A stretch of DNA of 63,918 nt, counting the filler, from Octopus bimaculoides (lineage: Eukaryota): NCBI RefSeq assembly GCF_001194135.2. It is 7 parts of 7 records of this genome, joined end to end, with 100 filler letters (N's around TTAATTAATTAA, not from the genome) between each part and the next. Parts side by side here need not be neighbours in the genome. Positions count along the whole stretch, not along the records: positions 16,080 to 25,810 come from NC_068981.1; positions 25,911 to 33,535 come from NC_068983.1; positions 33,636 to 44,757 come from NC_068994.1; 4 more parts are not named here. One strand, given 5' to 3'. Position numbers and translations under genes: made by a program. How positions within the stretch are numbered: position 1 is the first letter of the stretch; each line of letters begins with the position of its first letter. The notes beneath the pieces are model-generated. The model searched no databases. It had not been told where the DNA came from and worked only from the letters and a program-made list of their open reading frames with translations. This document shows, one piece after another, positions 23,051-34,930 of this stretch.

Positions 23051-25170
23051 AGCCATGGTCCCAAGGATGCGATCTCTGGTGGTTTTCGGTACATGAGAAG
23101 TCCAGAGGTGGTGAAAATGGTTTGCAATTTTGTTCACGTTTCCCACGTAGCTTGTGGCCAAAATTCCTTAAATCCTTAGTGGCCAGTCTTGGAGGTCCCA
23201 CAATCGGGTCGGGTCGTTTCTTCCTTGGCACTAATGTGGCTAAACTATTCATTATGTCAATGGGTGTTATAATAAGGTTTTCTGTTAAATATATACTCAA
23301 TATATGCTTAATATGTATCGTTACCCTTCATTTTCTGGAAAATAATGTCTAGATGGGCTATTTTCATTCAAAAGCTATTAGCACGGTTCACCCAAACACT
23401 GAAGAATCTGAAATAAAAGGTCGTTACACAAAATAATGAAAACATAACAATGATGTTGTCATAGTGTGCAAACCACCTGGGAGAAGTTTTATCAAAATCG
23501 ATTTACAGAGAACCGAGAAATCCTAAATTTCACGCCTAAGCTATTAGCGCGGTTCTGGGTGTATATATATATATATATNNNNNNNNNNNNNNNNNNNNNN
23601 NNNNNNNNNNNNNNNNNNNNNNNNNNNNNNNNNATATATATAATTGTCTTATACAAAAATGACAAGTGATTGGGCGTGAAACGATGAGGTGTGAGCGACC
23701 CAGTTTACTTTTGATTATAGAAAGACGATTGTTGGGGACATTACAAATTTTAATTACGCCGCTAATGCGCCGATTGGGGGGCATTTCGTATTACAAGTAT
23801 GCCGCTAATGCCCTTTACAAAAGCAGAAATACATCATTATCACACGTTTTGGCGTGTGTAAGTCACTTTTATAGGCCAAGTTAAATACAGGGGTTGGCCT
23901 GGATTAGTATTCAATTGCAACGTATATAGATACATTTTTGACGTCATTGATATAACATTAACGTAAATAGAATCATAATGTCAGACTTAAGACCCAAACG
24001 CACCCATAATTGAGGGTAAATAAATAGGCCCGATCAGGAGCGTTAGGTGTGCCATTACACTTTAATAATGTTTTCCTTATTTTCATTGTATTTATTTATT
24101 TATTTTTGTAATATACGTAATTAATATTTCCTTTTCATTCGCCGTATTGTAACCTTTAACGCCAGACTGAAAAAAATATGTGAAGGAGCGATCTAATTGA
24201 GATTATTTTCAACGGCAATTACCACTGTAATTTGGAAAAATATTTTCTTTCGCATAAAGTAATATTACTTACCGATTCTTGATTAGAGAGAGATTCCACA
24301 GAAATAGATAAAATATTCTGGGCTATATAATTCTCTTTTAAAAATCATATACGAGCTAACTTGCTTACTATAAATAACATACAAGATAAACAATCTCCGA
24401 AAAAGCCGATTTTGCGGACTGGCTTTAACTTCCGGCTTTTGATAGCTCATATCATTTAGGTCTCTTATACTCTTCAAAAATGTATGTATGTCACCTATAC
24501 AATTTTCAGGCATCAATAAATCTCTATAAATAGAAATTCTGTACTTCTACAAAACAATTATATATATATACATATATATATATATAACTGCTTAATTTCT
24601 AATATTGAGAACATGGGAGAAAGGTAGAATCGATTGAATCCTACTCCAATTTCGACATTCATTTGCTTACATTTTCTATTCACATTTATTTTCACTGAAA
24701 TATCTAGGAATGATTTAGTGGTGTTTTAGAGTAATGATTATGTTGGTGTAGTTATTGCTGACTTTTCATGTAATAAAGTACGAATGTATTATACATTAAC
24801 ATACATTTCATAAATATGGAATACAATATTAATGAAAGACGCCAATGTGTACAAGGATATAAATTAAACACTATTTACATATACATTAACATTACGGCTA
24901 CACACATATATATATGTATGTGTGTGTATGTGTATGTATATGTATATGTATGTACATATGTGTGTGTCTATATATATATACACACACATACATACGTTTA
25001 TCAATTTTTGTTGCAAGATTCCTGACGTGAAATCATGTGTTGAAACAGATATTGTTGTATTTCGGGACGGTAATTTTTTTTTTTTTTTTTTTTGCCAAAT
25101 AAGCACACGCACTAAATAATTGTCCCCTCATTTATTACTGTTTTTTTTTTCTCTTTTTATTTTAACTGAT

Positions 25171-25220
25171 GTCCAGAACTGTTTCGTCACACATCTGTGA
25201 CCTCTTCAGCAACACTTTTC
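25171..25220 (-). ncRNA. Hammerhead-like motif (core and stem II intact, stems I/III poor)
   Basis: rc CTGAAGA G GTCACA GATG TGTGAC GAAA C A GTT. Confidence 0.5.
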
Positions 25221-25574
25221 GTTTTCGTATGTGCTCTTGCTCCATTTTCTCCACTGGGAATGGAATAAGGGAAGATAGGAGTCGATGGGTTTACTGACTA
25301 GCTGCAAAAAGACCAACGCAGTAATGTGCAAAGTTGTGTCTGGAGCAGATAATGTTGAAGCTTGTAGGCATGGCCATTATACATGCTATTACACGCGAGA
25401 CTTTACCGTATTTATAAAGTATGCGCATGCGCTTATTGTGTGTGTGTGTTATTCGAATGTTAAAACGATGCAAACCGTATTATTACCAGTGATGTACACC
25501 AACTTCAAAAAATAGTCTGGTCGCTCACGTGATCACGTGATATATACATATATATATATATGTATATATATATT

Positions 25575-25760
25575 CTTTACTTCTTTTAATTGTTTCAATC
25601 ATTTAACTGCAGCCATGCTGGAGCACCGCCTATAAAGGATTTCAGTTGAACAAATCGACTCCAGGGCTTATCTTTTAAGCCTGCTACTTATTCTATCGGT
25701 CTATTTTACCATCATGAGTTGTCAAGCGGTGATGGGTAACAAACACAGACTCAAACATAC
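25575..25760 (-). mobile_element. SINE-A 3' half
   Basis: CTTTTACTTC..TTTAACTGCAGCCATGCTGGAGCACCGCC..GTCAAGCGGTGATGGG. Confidence 0.85.
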
Positions 25761-25810
25761 ACACACACATACATATATACATATATACCTATATATGTAT
25801 ATATATATAT

Positions 25811-25910
25811 NNNNNNNNNNNNNNNNNNNNNNNNNNNNNNNNNNNNNNNNNNNNTTAATTAATTAANNNNNNNNNNNNNNNNNNNNNNNNNNNNNNNNNN
25901 NNNNNNNNNN
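25811..25910. other. Assembly spacer 44N-TTAATTAATTAA-44N
   Basis: Linker 25855-25866. Confidence 0.97.
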
Positions 25911-26193
25911 GGTGGGTGGATATCCACGCAGGCTAAAGTGGTGAGCCATGAGTTGAGACTGAGTCTCAAAGTCATGGCTGTCGCTACAAAGTCTGCGTAG
26001 ACGGAGGAATTGGGAATAGGGGATGGAAAGTTTTGTGTGTCTAGGGTGGGAGGAGAAGAAGTTGAGATAGGAGTGTGAGTCTGTGTGTTTGTAGTGGATG
26101 GAGGTGCTAAGGGCGGAGTGGAGGATGCTGACCGAAATGTCGAGAAAGGGGACAGAGGTGTCAGAGACAGTACAGGAGAAGTGGAGGGCAGAT
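25911..26193 (-). mobile_element. Penelope-like element RT C-terminal fragment (open, cut by spacer)
   Basis: VPFLDISVS..STSIHYKHTDSHSYLNFFSSHPRHTKLSIPYSQFLRLRRLCSD..HHFSLRGYP, the FLD / YKPTD / SSHP / SIPYSQ.LR..R / RGYP series typical of PLE RTs. Confidence 0.9.
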
Positions 26194-26316
26194 ACCTTTA
26201 GAATAACTTTTCTTGTGCTGGTGTCACAATAAAATACATCTTTACTCTGACCAAACAAATGAATCCTTATTGTTAAATGACAGAGATCCAGCACATATGT
26301 GTGTGTGTGTATGTGT

Positions 26317-26351
<35 letters not shown>

Positions 26352-26582
26352 TGCGTGTGTGTATAGTATTGACTGTCGAAAGGGTTGTATTCAATACCGT
26401 GGTAGAGATTAGTAATATTTTTATTTTGGTTGGGCCAGTCTCTTCCTACTCAGGAGTTTCACCTGTACACTCACAGGTCATGAGGCAAATTATGAGTCAA
26501 TATATATATTACATATTTATATAGTGTGCGTGTGTGTGTGTATGTGCGTGTGTGTGTATGCATATATATATATATATATATT

Positions 26583-27410
26583 CTTTTATTCTTTTATATT
26601 TTTACTTGTTTCAGTCATTTGACCTCAGGTCTTATTCTTTGTGAACTTAATACTTATACTATCAATTTTTTTTTTTGCTGAACCACTAAGTTACAGGGAC
26701 GTAAACACATCAACATCAGTTTTCAAGCGATGGTGGGGGACAAACACAGACACACAAACATATACATACATACATACATACATATATATATATTGTTGGC
26801 ACTCCGTTGGTTACGACGATGAGGGTTCCAGTTGATCTGATCAACGGAACAGCCTGCTTGTGAAATTAACGTGCAAGTGGCTGAGCACTCCACAGACACG
26901 TGTACCCTTAACGTAGTTCTCGGGGAGATTCAGCATGACACAGAGTGTGACAAGGCTGGCCCTTTGAAATACAAGTACAGCAGAAACAGGAAGAAAGAAT
27001 GAGAGAGTACAGCAGGATTCGCCACAGCCCCACTGCAGGAGCCTTGTGGAGTTTTAGGTGTTTTTGCTCAATAAACACTCACAACACCTGGTCTGGGAAT
27101 TGAAACCGCGATCCTATGACCGCGAGTCCACTGCCCTAACCACTGGGCCATTGCGCCACTATATATATATATATNNNNNNNNNNNNNNNNNNNNNNNNNN
27201 NNNNNNNNNNNNNNNNNNNNNNNNNNNNNNNNNNNNNNNNNNNNNNNNNNNNNNNNNNNNNNNNNNNNNNNNNNNNNATATATACAACAGGCTTCTTTCA
27301 GTTTCCATGTACCAAATCAACTCACAAAGCTTTGGTCAGCTCGAGGCTATAGTAGAAGACACTTGCCCAAGATATTTAGGAAGTAAGCTTCTTACCACAC
27401 AGCTATGTAC
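26583..27410 (-). mobile_element. SINE-A interrupted by a nested SINE-C
   Basis: Tail 26583-26790, head 27278-27410; insert sits in the internal (TA)n. Confidence 0.85.
26794..27160 (-). mobile_element. SINE-C nested in SINE-A
   Basis: Colinear with 16716-17100; (TA)n on both sides. Confidence 0.9.
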
Positions 27411-27942
27411 ATAAGTATGTACATACACACACACACACACATAAACAAATAAGCTTTTTTCTACACTGTATAAAGAAATGAAGTGGAAAGTGAAGATATT
27501 TAAAAGGTCTGTTTACATTAATGTTACCAAGTTTTACACTTTCATGATTTTTTTAAAAAGTAACTATTCTTGACGATAACTCTCTTTATGTGGTAGCTTG
27601 AATAGATAAAATACATTAAGTGAAGATTCATAGTTTGTGCCTCACAACAGCTGTTGGTGAATGCATGATTTTGATTGGCTGCTCTAAATGTGAATTCTTA
27701 AAATCTGAATAGTGACTGTTTTATTATAGTTGGTGAATATTTCTTTTTGATATATTGTTGTTATTTATTGAGTCATAACTTTTGTTATTTTTAACACATA
27801 AATGTGGTTTTGCCAGAACATGAATTTAATGAAAAGATTTGCTTTTTGGGGGAATTGTTTCTAGCACATAAGACCAAATGCTCATAGTTACTGGGTATTT
27901 GTCTGGGCATTTGGGATCTTGTATTTGTTGATGACAGTTAAA

Positions 27943-28133
27943 CAAGTGTGGCTGTATGGTAAGAAGCTTGCTTCCCAACCACATAGTTCCAGATTCAGTC
28001 CCACTACATGGAACCTTGGGCAAGTGTCTTCTACTATAGCCTCGGGTTAACCAAAACCTCGTGAGTGTATTTGGTAGATGGAAACTGAAAGAAGCCCATT
28101 GTATACATATATGTATATATATATGTATATATA

Positions 28134-28212
<79 letters not shown>

Positions 28213-28424
28213 ATATATGTTTGTGTGTCTATGTTTGCTCCCCTCCCCCATTGCTTGACAACCGATGTTGGTGTGTTTACATCCCTGTAACTTAGCAGTT
28301 TGGCAAAGAGACTGATAGAATAAGTACTAAGCTTACAAGGAATAAGTCCTGGGGTTGATTTGTTTGACTAAATGTGGTGCTCCAGCATGGCCGCAGTCAA
28401 ATGACAAAAATAAGTAAAAGAATA
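27943..28424 (+). mobile_element. SINE-A, full length, CpG-decayed
   Basis: All modules present; most CpGs of 43690-44056 appear as TG/CA. Confidence 0.9.
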
Positions 28425-28446
28425 TGTATATCTATCTATCTACACA

Positions 28447-28489
<43 letters not shown>

Positions 28490-29199
28490 CATGACACAAT
28501 AAAATCATGGCAATATATCCAAAAGATACATTCACCAACTACTATAAGACAGTTGCTGTTCGCGTTTTCAGTTAATCCTTTAGCATTCAAATTACTCTAT
28601 CAAGTATAGTGCTTTATTTTCACACATTTTTGTGGAATTAGTTATTATATTGTAGCTTTAAGATTTCAATGATGTGATTGTTTAATTTTAGAATGACATT
28701 GTAGGGTAGGTATGAAATGCCAACTGTGGTTAGTTTGAACATATTTGAACTGATATTGGCTGGTTTAAATGTTAGATTTAAATATTCATCAACATTTAGT
28801 TGCTCTTTAAATTTGAAAAGATCACGTTTAAAATAACCAATTAAAGTTATACGTTTACCACTGGCTGTTGTAAAGCACCAAACTACAATGTGCTATCTAG
28901 TGTTTTTTTTTACCTTTGTGTGACTATATAAAATGAGTTACCATCAACATTTACTTTTAAAAATCATGAAATTGTGAAACCAGTTAAGTTAGTAGAAATA
29001 AACCTTTTAAAAGACTCCAAGTGCATTTTCAACTTCATTTCTTTATGTGTGTATGTATGTGTGTGTATGTGTGAATGTGTGTGAATTTTCCCTGATGAAA
29101 GACACATGTACATCATATGCACATTTAAGCAAGGAAGAACTGCACCAGCTGGTGCATCCCTGTATCATAATATGCCTTACATTTTTTCTAGCTCTCAAC

Positions 29200-29345
29200 A
29201 CTGTGAGTTCAAATCCCATTGAGACTATCTTTAGCTTTCATTCCTCTAAGGATAAATAAAGTACCAGTTAAATACTGGGATTGATAGTATCAGCTAATTC
29301 CCTCCCGTCAAAATTACTGACATTGTGCTTAAATTGGAAACAATT
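29200..29345 (+). mobile_element. SINE-B fragment, CpG-decayed
   Basis: GAGTTCAAATCCC..TTTCATTCCTCTAAGGATAAATAAAGTACCAG. Confidence 0.65.
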
Positions 29346-29454
29346 ATTATTTCATCTCATATATGTTTGGTTATTTTCTTACCTGATGTAAAGTTCCTAA
29401 TGAAATTAACAAAGCCCATCTTTGTAATGTCTTCAGATCATTGCTCTTGTGCCA

Positions 29455-29535
29455 AATGAAACTGAACTTTACGAAGGAGATGACAGAGGACTGAGATATA
29501 TGGCACATTGCTGTATTCAAGAAGACTTGCCTACC
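29455..29535 (+). mobile_element. RTE-type ORF end remnant
   Basis: LNFTKEMTED*DIWHIAVFKKT resembles RTE C-termini. Confidence 0.45.
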
Positions 29536-29585
29536 ACAACAACATTGGGATCCTAAAACCAAGATACCTCATAAAAAGCATTGAT

Positions 29586-29860
29586 ATGGGTGCTGGTGCC
29601 TCACAAAAAGCACTGGGTCTAGTGCCACATAAAAAGCACTAGTGATGGTGCCACATAAAAAACACTGGTGATGGTGCCACATGAAAAGCATCTTGTACAC
29701 TCTATAAAATGGTTGGCACTAGGAAGGGCATCTAGGTGTAGAAACCAAATTGAAAAAGGCTATGGAACCTGGTGTGGCACCTGGCTTTGCTGGCTCCCAT
29801 CACACCATCCAACCCATGCCAGCATTGAAAACGGATGTTAACTGATGATGATGATGATGA
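29586..29860 (+). mobile_element. SINE-like repeat with four ~26-bp internal units and (GAT)n tail
   Basis: GGTGCCACATAAAAAGCAC units at 29595, 29621, 29647, 29673; ends CCAACCCATGCCAGCATTGAAAACGGATGTTAAC(TGA)n. Confidence 0.75.
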
Positions 29861-30479
29861 ATTGCTATCAATGCTTCTATAACTTTTCTTTTTTCTTGGT
29901 AGAGGTGTTTGCCCTAAGCAAACCCATTTTCACCTCTGGAAAGAGATGGTCCCTATTCATCTGGCCACTATCTTTTGATCCATGCAGTGTGGGATCCCCA
30001 CCTCCTACCAGGAGCTTGTGCTCCACTGGCATAGCTCTCAAGGTCACTGATATATGCAAGTCATCACACCATAATGAGGACTGGATCTTGTGGATTTGAT
30101 CCTCTTACTAACTGCAGCATTTTAAAGTGTTTGGTCCTTATTTCTAGTTTCATGGCTGCCTCATAGAGGAATGGACAATAAACTATCTTCAATGACTTTC
30201 CTAGATTACATTGCTGAGGCATGTTGAATTAATATACTGTCAAGTGAATTTGAACTCAAGACCTTTCTGTTGGTAGCTGAATATCATACCAAATAAGTTT
30301 ACTTTCTATTGTCCTTGAAAACTGTTCTCAGTTACTGACGTTGGAAAAATGGCTGAATTCATCAATATATTTATGTACAGGCTCTGCAGGGCAGCATGGA
30401 CTTCAATCAGAAGGCCTTTTTGATCAATACATCCAAGACTTGAGTTCTACAAGATTGCTAATGGCGCTAAATTCACTGC

Positions 30480-30905
30480 TACTACAACTGTCAACATCAC
30501 AGCTTCCACTATAGCCACCACCCCTACCATTGACTGGCACAATGACAACGATGATGATGACGACAACAATGACAACTTATCACCATGACGACGACCACCA
30601 CTACCTCAGCCAGCACCACTGCCATTGATTGGCACCACTACCACTAATACCACCATTGCCATCAATACCACCACAACCAAAACTGCTACCACCACTGCCA
30701 TCACCACCACCAGCACAACCTCCATCACCATCATCGTCACCACTACTATTACCATTATTACTACAGCAGCACCACTACTATTGCCACAACCATCATTAAC
30801 AAAGCTACCATTGCCACCACCATTATAACCACCACTACCACCACCACCACCACCACAACCACCACCACCACCACCATCACTATTGTCTCCGTCACCTGCA
30901 CACTA
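30480..30905. repeat. Degenerate ACC/CAC/GAC triplet low-complexity tract
   Basis: Read directly; yields poly-Thr/Pro pseudo-ORFs. Confidence 0.85.
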
Positions 30906-31173
30906 TAACCATAAGTGTTGCTACTGCTTTATTTATTTGGTAACATAGAAGTACCAATATCTATTTTACAATGTTATTTCACAAACATAGATATAGAACA
31001 AGAAATTATTTTCTTCATTGATCTCTTAACTCTGTTTTATTTTGAGTTTTTTTTCTAAGGGTAATCAATGGAAGTATATCAATTGATAGAAGTTAGATGA
31101 CATTTGTTATGATTCAGTTTATGCTGCTATTATTGTCGTTATTACTATTATTATTATTATTATTATTATTATT

Positions 31174-31550
31174 GAGTGAGAGAGCAGTGCATGCCATCAA
31201 AGTGACACTGGGGTAAAATATACGAAGCCCAGTATACTCATCATGACTACCCGTCTGATAAGGGTACACCAGGCACATGCATCACAACCATATGTGTGCA
31301 ACATGGTGATCTCATATCAAGATAAAGAGCACATGGCCTTGCAAATGGGGCCCAGTTAGAATTTTCAAAAAATCCCTGAATAAGAGATATTTAAGGATGT
31401 TGAACAAAACACCCATGTTTCCAGAAGTGAATTACTCAAACTCCAAAGAATTCCTCTCAACATATGGCTAGGATGCTCCCCCATTACTTCTGCTTTTGAT
31501 CAGAGATTCACATATCATCAGCCACCAAGGGACATGCTCAACTGGTTAAG
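31174..31550 (-). mobile_element. Repeat D, flanked by (TTA)n on both sides
   Basis: Reverse complement of 5181-5541 family. Confidence 0.8.
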
Positions 31551-31551
31551 A

Positions 31552-31885
31552 TCATTATTATTATCATTATTATTATTATTTTATGTTTGACTTTTGTTTT
31601 GCATTTGTACAAGTTGGATCCAAGTCTCACCCAGATACCTAAAGAGACAACAAGTTAGAAGTTCATGTAGGTGTTATGCCTAGGGTACCATATATTTGGA
31701 TTTGTACATAGTGTTGTTCTAGAGAATGTTTTAGAAACCATAAGAAAATTATGTGTTTGTTTTAAAATTTGAGATCACATAGACAGTATTTTATGTAGGA
31801 TATGGGCAGTTCCCATGAGCACTATCTTTTGAACTTCAGCCATTTTGGGGTTTCCTGGTATCTGAGCTAGGTAGTAATCAGCCCG
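31552..31885 (-). mobile_element. 5'-truncated 3' end of an R4/Dong-like LINE
   Basis: ADYYLAQIPGNPKMAEVQKIVLMGTAHILHKILSM* (stop 31775-31777), UTR, (AAT)n tail. Not in the ORF track. Confidence 0.8.
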
Positions 31886-31891
31886 TTTTGC

Positions 31892-31943
<52 letters not shown>

Positions 31944-31951
31944 TATTATGT

Positions 31952-32155
31952 AGGTGGTGAGTTGGCAGAATCATTAGCACACTGGGTAAAATACCTAGCA
32001 GTATTCTGTCCAGTTCTGCTGAGGTTGATTTTGCCTTTCATCCTTTTGGGGTTGATAAAATAAGCACTAGTTGAGCACTAGGGTTGATGTAATTGACTTA
32101 CTCACTTCACTGAAATCGATGGCCTTGTGACAAAAATTTGAAACCATTATTATTA
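31952..32155 (+). mobile_element. SINE-B, CpG-decayed
   Basis: AGGTGGTGAGTTGGCAGAATCATTAGCACACTGGG..TTTCATCCTTTTGGGGTTGATAAAATAAG. Confidence 0.8.
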
Positions 32156-33163
32156 CACTGGTCAACATGATTTTTGGTGCCAAGAAACAAAACATGTTTT
32201 TTAGCTAATTTGATGGTGCTGATTCCGAAAATGACCTTAGTTTTTCATGGTTAGCTACCATTTTTGCTGTACTGAAAATGCACATTTCTGGAAAAAAGAT
32301 CAATTTATGATCCTGGCTGATTGTGAAACTTAGTTAAAAAAGAAACCCATGAATTTTCAGGTAGGCTGTGCAGTTTATGTAAGCCACCTGAAATAAACTT
32401 TTTTTTATATGAAAAAATGTGTTTTTGAGTCAAAACTTTTAAATTAGAAGTACCAAATTTTTCTAATTTATTGCCAAAATTCAAATTAACTGATAAAATT
32501 TATCAGTAATACACTTTAGTAAACCTGATAATTAAGGTGGCATCAAAAAAATGAAACCCTAAAATCTTCTGTTTGATATTCATAAATTTATCCCATCGCT
32601 TTTATCCCTTCAATACGGGAGGAAACCAAGCATATTAAGAGCTTTTGTTTTCACAGATGGAAAAAAAAACTCCAACTAAAGACATCCCAATGTACATGAT
32701 GAACATCATGAAAATGGTTTCACCATAACATCTGCCCTTCACACGGAATTACGAAGATATGAAGTAGAATCAGTGTAACGACTCTTTCCACCTTTTGTTA
32801 TTGACAGAGTTTTACGAGTCTTTCTGTTGGACATTAGGAAATATCAAATTACCTAAATGTGAACATGCAAAGTGTAATGTAAATGCTTAACCAAATCATG
32901 TTCTTTTTTAATGTTTTTTAGCTGATGACTGGCACAAACTGAATAGATTTTGGGATTGATCTGGTACTGGAAAAGGATTCTGAATTGTTTTACCTGTTTT
33001 TTTACTTAATTTTTGAGAGCAATTAAGTTCATTTTTAGTATTCTCGTTTGTGAGAGCAGTTGAGTTTATTTCAGATACTCTCATTTTAAAAATCATCTCT
33101 GGCTAATCATTGAGAACATGTTGGTGTTGCCCTGGCAGAGGTTTGTGCTCTCTGAGTGCTCTT

Positions 33164-33535
33164 GTTATTAGTAGTTTTATTTTTATAACGTGCTTTCACT
33201 TCACTACCGAGCGCAGCTCTGTGTGCCTTGGGTATGTGCTGTGGTTTGCTGTGATGCTCTTATGGTTACTGTATTGAAAGTGTTTTGTGTAGAATATGTG
33301 CAGTGTCCAGTAGTGCAATTTTCTGTATGTTATATATATTTGTAAGTCCTGGTGTTTTTGTTATGTATTTGTCTGAATATTTTTTTATCATGCCTAAGGC
33401 ACCTACTATGATAGGAATTGTTTCTGTTTTTAGATTCCACCTTCGAGTTACCTCTATTTCCAGGTCTTTGTATTTTGAAAGTTTCTCCATTTCTTTTAGG
33501 AAAACGTTGTCATCTGCTGGTATTGATACATCAAT
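33164..33535 (-). mobile_element. RLE domain and 3' UTR of an R4/Dong-like LINE (open to spacer)
   Basis: IDVSIPADDNVFLKEMEKLSKYKDLEIEVTRRWNLKTETIPIIVGALGMIKK..QKIALLDTAHILHKTLSIQ*. Confidence 0.9.
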
Positions 33536-33635
33536 NNNNNNNNNNNNNNNNNNNNNNNNNNNNNNNNNNNNNNNNNNNNTTAATTAATTAANNNNNNNNN
33601 NNNNNNNNNNNNNNNNNNNNNNNNNNNNNNNNNNN
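33536..33635. other. Assembly spacer 44N-TTAATTAATTAA-44N
   Basis: Linker 33580-33591. Confidence 0.97.
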
Positions 33636-34315
33636 GTATTGTGTATGTATGTATGTATGTGTTGTGTGTGTGTATGCATGTATGTATGTGTTGTATGTAT
33701 GTATGTATGTATGCATGTATGTATGTATGCGTTGTGTGTGTACGTATGTATGTCATTACTCAGTTTATTTCAAGATTTCTTGCCAATAGAGGAAGAACCG
33801 GTTTGTAACTTAGATTCAAGGTTCCTTCATTGGAATTTTAACATCACCAACAGGGTATTTTTGTTGGCATGTATGTATGTGCAGATTTGTATGTTTTATG
33901 TTTGTATTCTCAAGGATATAGTTACATATCTAGACATACTCATATATATTTAAATGATAAACTTCTGGAATGTTTTACAGATTTTTACAGTTCCAGTGAT
34001 GGATTGGATCTGTAGTCTTCTAATCAGCTTTATCCTTTCTGATTTTGAGAAGCCTAATTTCCCAAGATTGGTATTTAGGAAGTGTGTTACATATCCCAGG
34101 TATAAATCTGAACTTGTATGTATGTATGTACGTACGTATGTATGTATGTATGTATGTATGTATGTATGTATGTATGTATTTATACTTCCATTTGCAGGTC
34201 ACCACTGCCAACTTGTCACAATCAGAAAGAAATGCAATACAGTACCATGTGATCTCTAGAAGCAAAACATGATTTCCAGAGCAGATATTATGAAGTATTA
34301 ACTTAACTTATTGTA

Positions 34316-34739
34316 AGGGAAACCGGGGCAAGGATGGACCACTAAGGTAAAACGGACCAGCCCCATTTTAGACATCTAAATGGGACTTAACCACCGTGAA
34401 CGCTTTCTAATTAAAAGTTACTTCCCTTCGATCTCACATTCTGAAAAGTTTCATTTTGGCGGCGGTTTTCACGACACAGGAAGAAAAATACTGAAATTCA
34501 AATCTTCAATGTATGTATTGCTTTCAAATATATCATGTTAATGAAATAAATACCAACACCTTAGGTAAGTATGGCCTATCATGTTTTGAAACATTTCAAT
34601 TGTCAATGTTTAAGTAGCAACAGCCTTTATTTTCCCTTAGGTTTAGATGTAGAGCAGACATTTTTTTACTGTAACCTGAATAGGTCAAAACGGACCAAAG
34701 GGTGTTTGGGCAAAACGGTCCACTGCCCCGTTTTTCCCT
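34316..34739. mobile_element. MITE / left terminal region of the adjacent pogo-like family
   Basis: AGGGAAACCGGGGCAAG at left, CTGCCCCGTTTTTCCCT at right; subterminal AAAACGG(A/T)CC at about 34347, 34687, 34712. Confidence 0.75.
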
Positions 34740-34930
34740 CTATGTGTGTATGTTATTTGTGTGTGTGTGTGCGTGCGCGTTTGTGTGTTTGTGTATGTAT
34801 GCATGTGCATGTGTAAGTGCATGTGTGTGTCGGTGTGTGTGCAGGGGCGTGAGCGCCGGTGTCTGTGTGGTTGTGAGCGCGCATGAGTTTTATCTCACTG
34901 TCTTCATCCCATTTTGTTTATTATTTTCAG

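Noticed and set aside
22875-23300. 141-aa minus-strand ORF
   Set aside because: Runs into SINE-A; the unique part has no motif I can identify.
23900-24100. Unique sequence with TGACGTCA (23939-23946) and TAAT motifs as an enhancer
   Set aside because: Short motifs are expected by chance; needs conservation data.
30625-30828. Thr-rich mucin-like ORF
   Set aside because: Product of degenerate ACC repeats; no splice or codon support.
32640-32730. Acceptor-like TTTTCACAG followed by a 23-codon ORF as a host exon
   Set aside because: All three frames close quickly; more likely part of a decayed DNA transposon starting near 32156.
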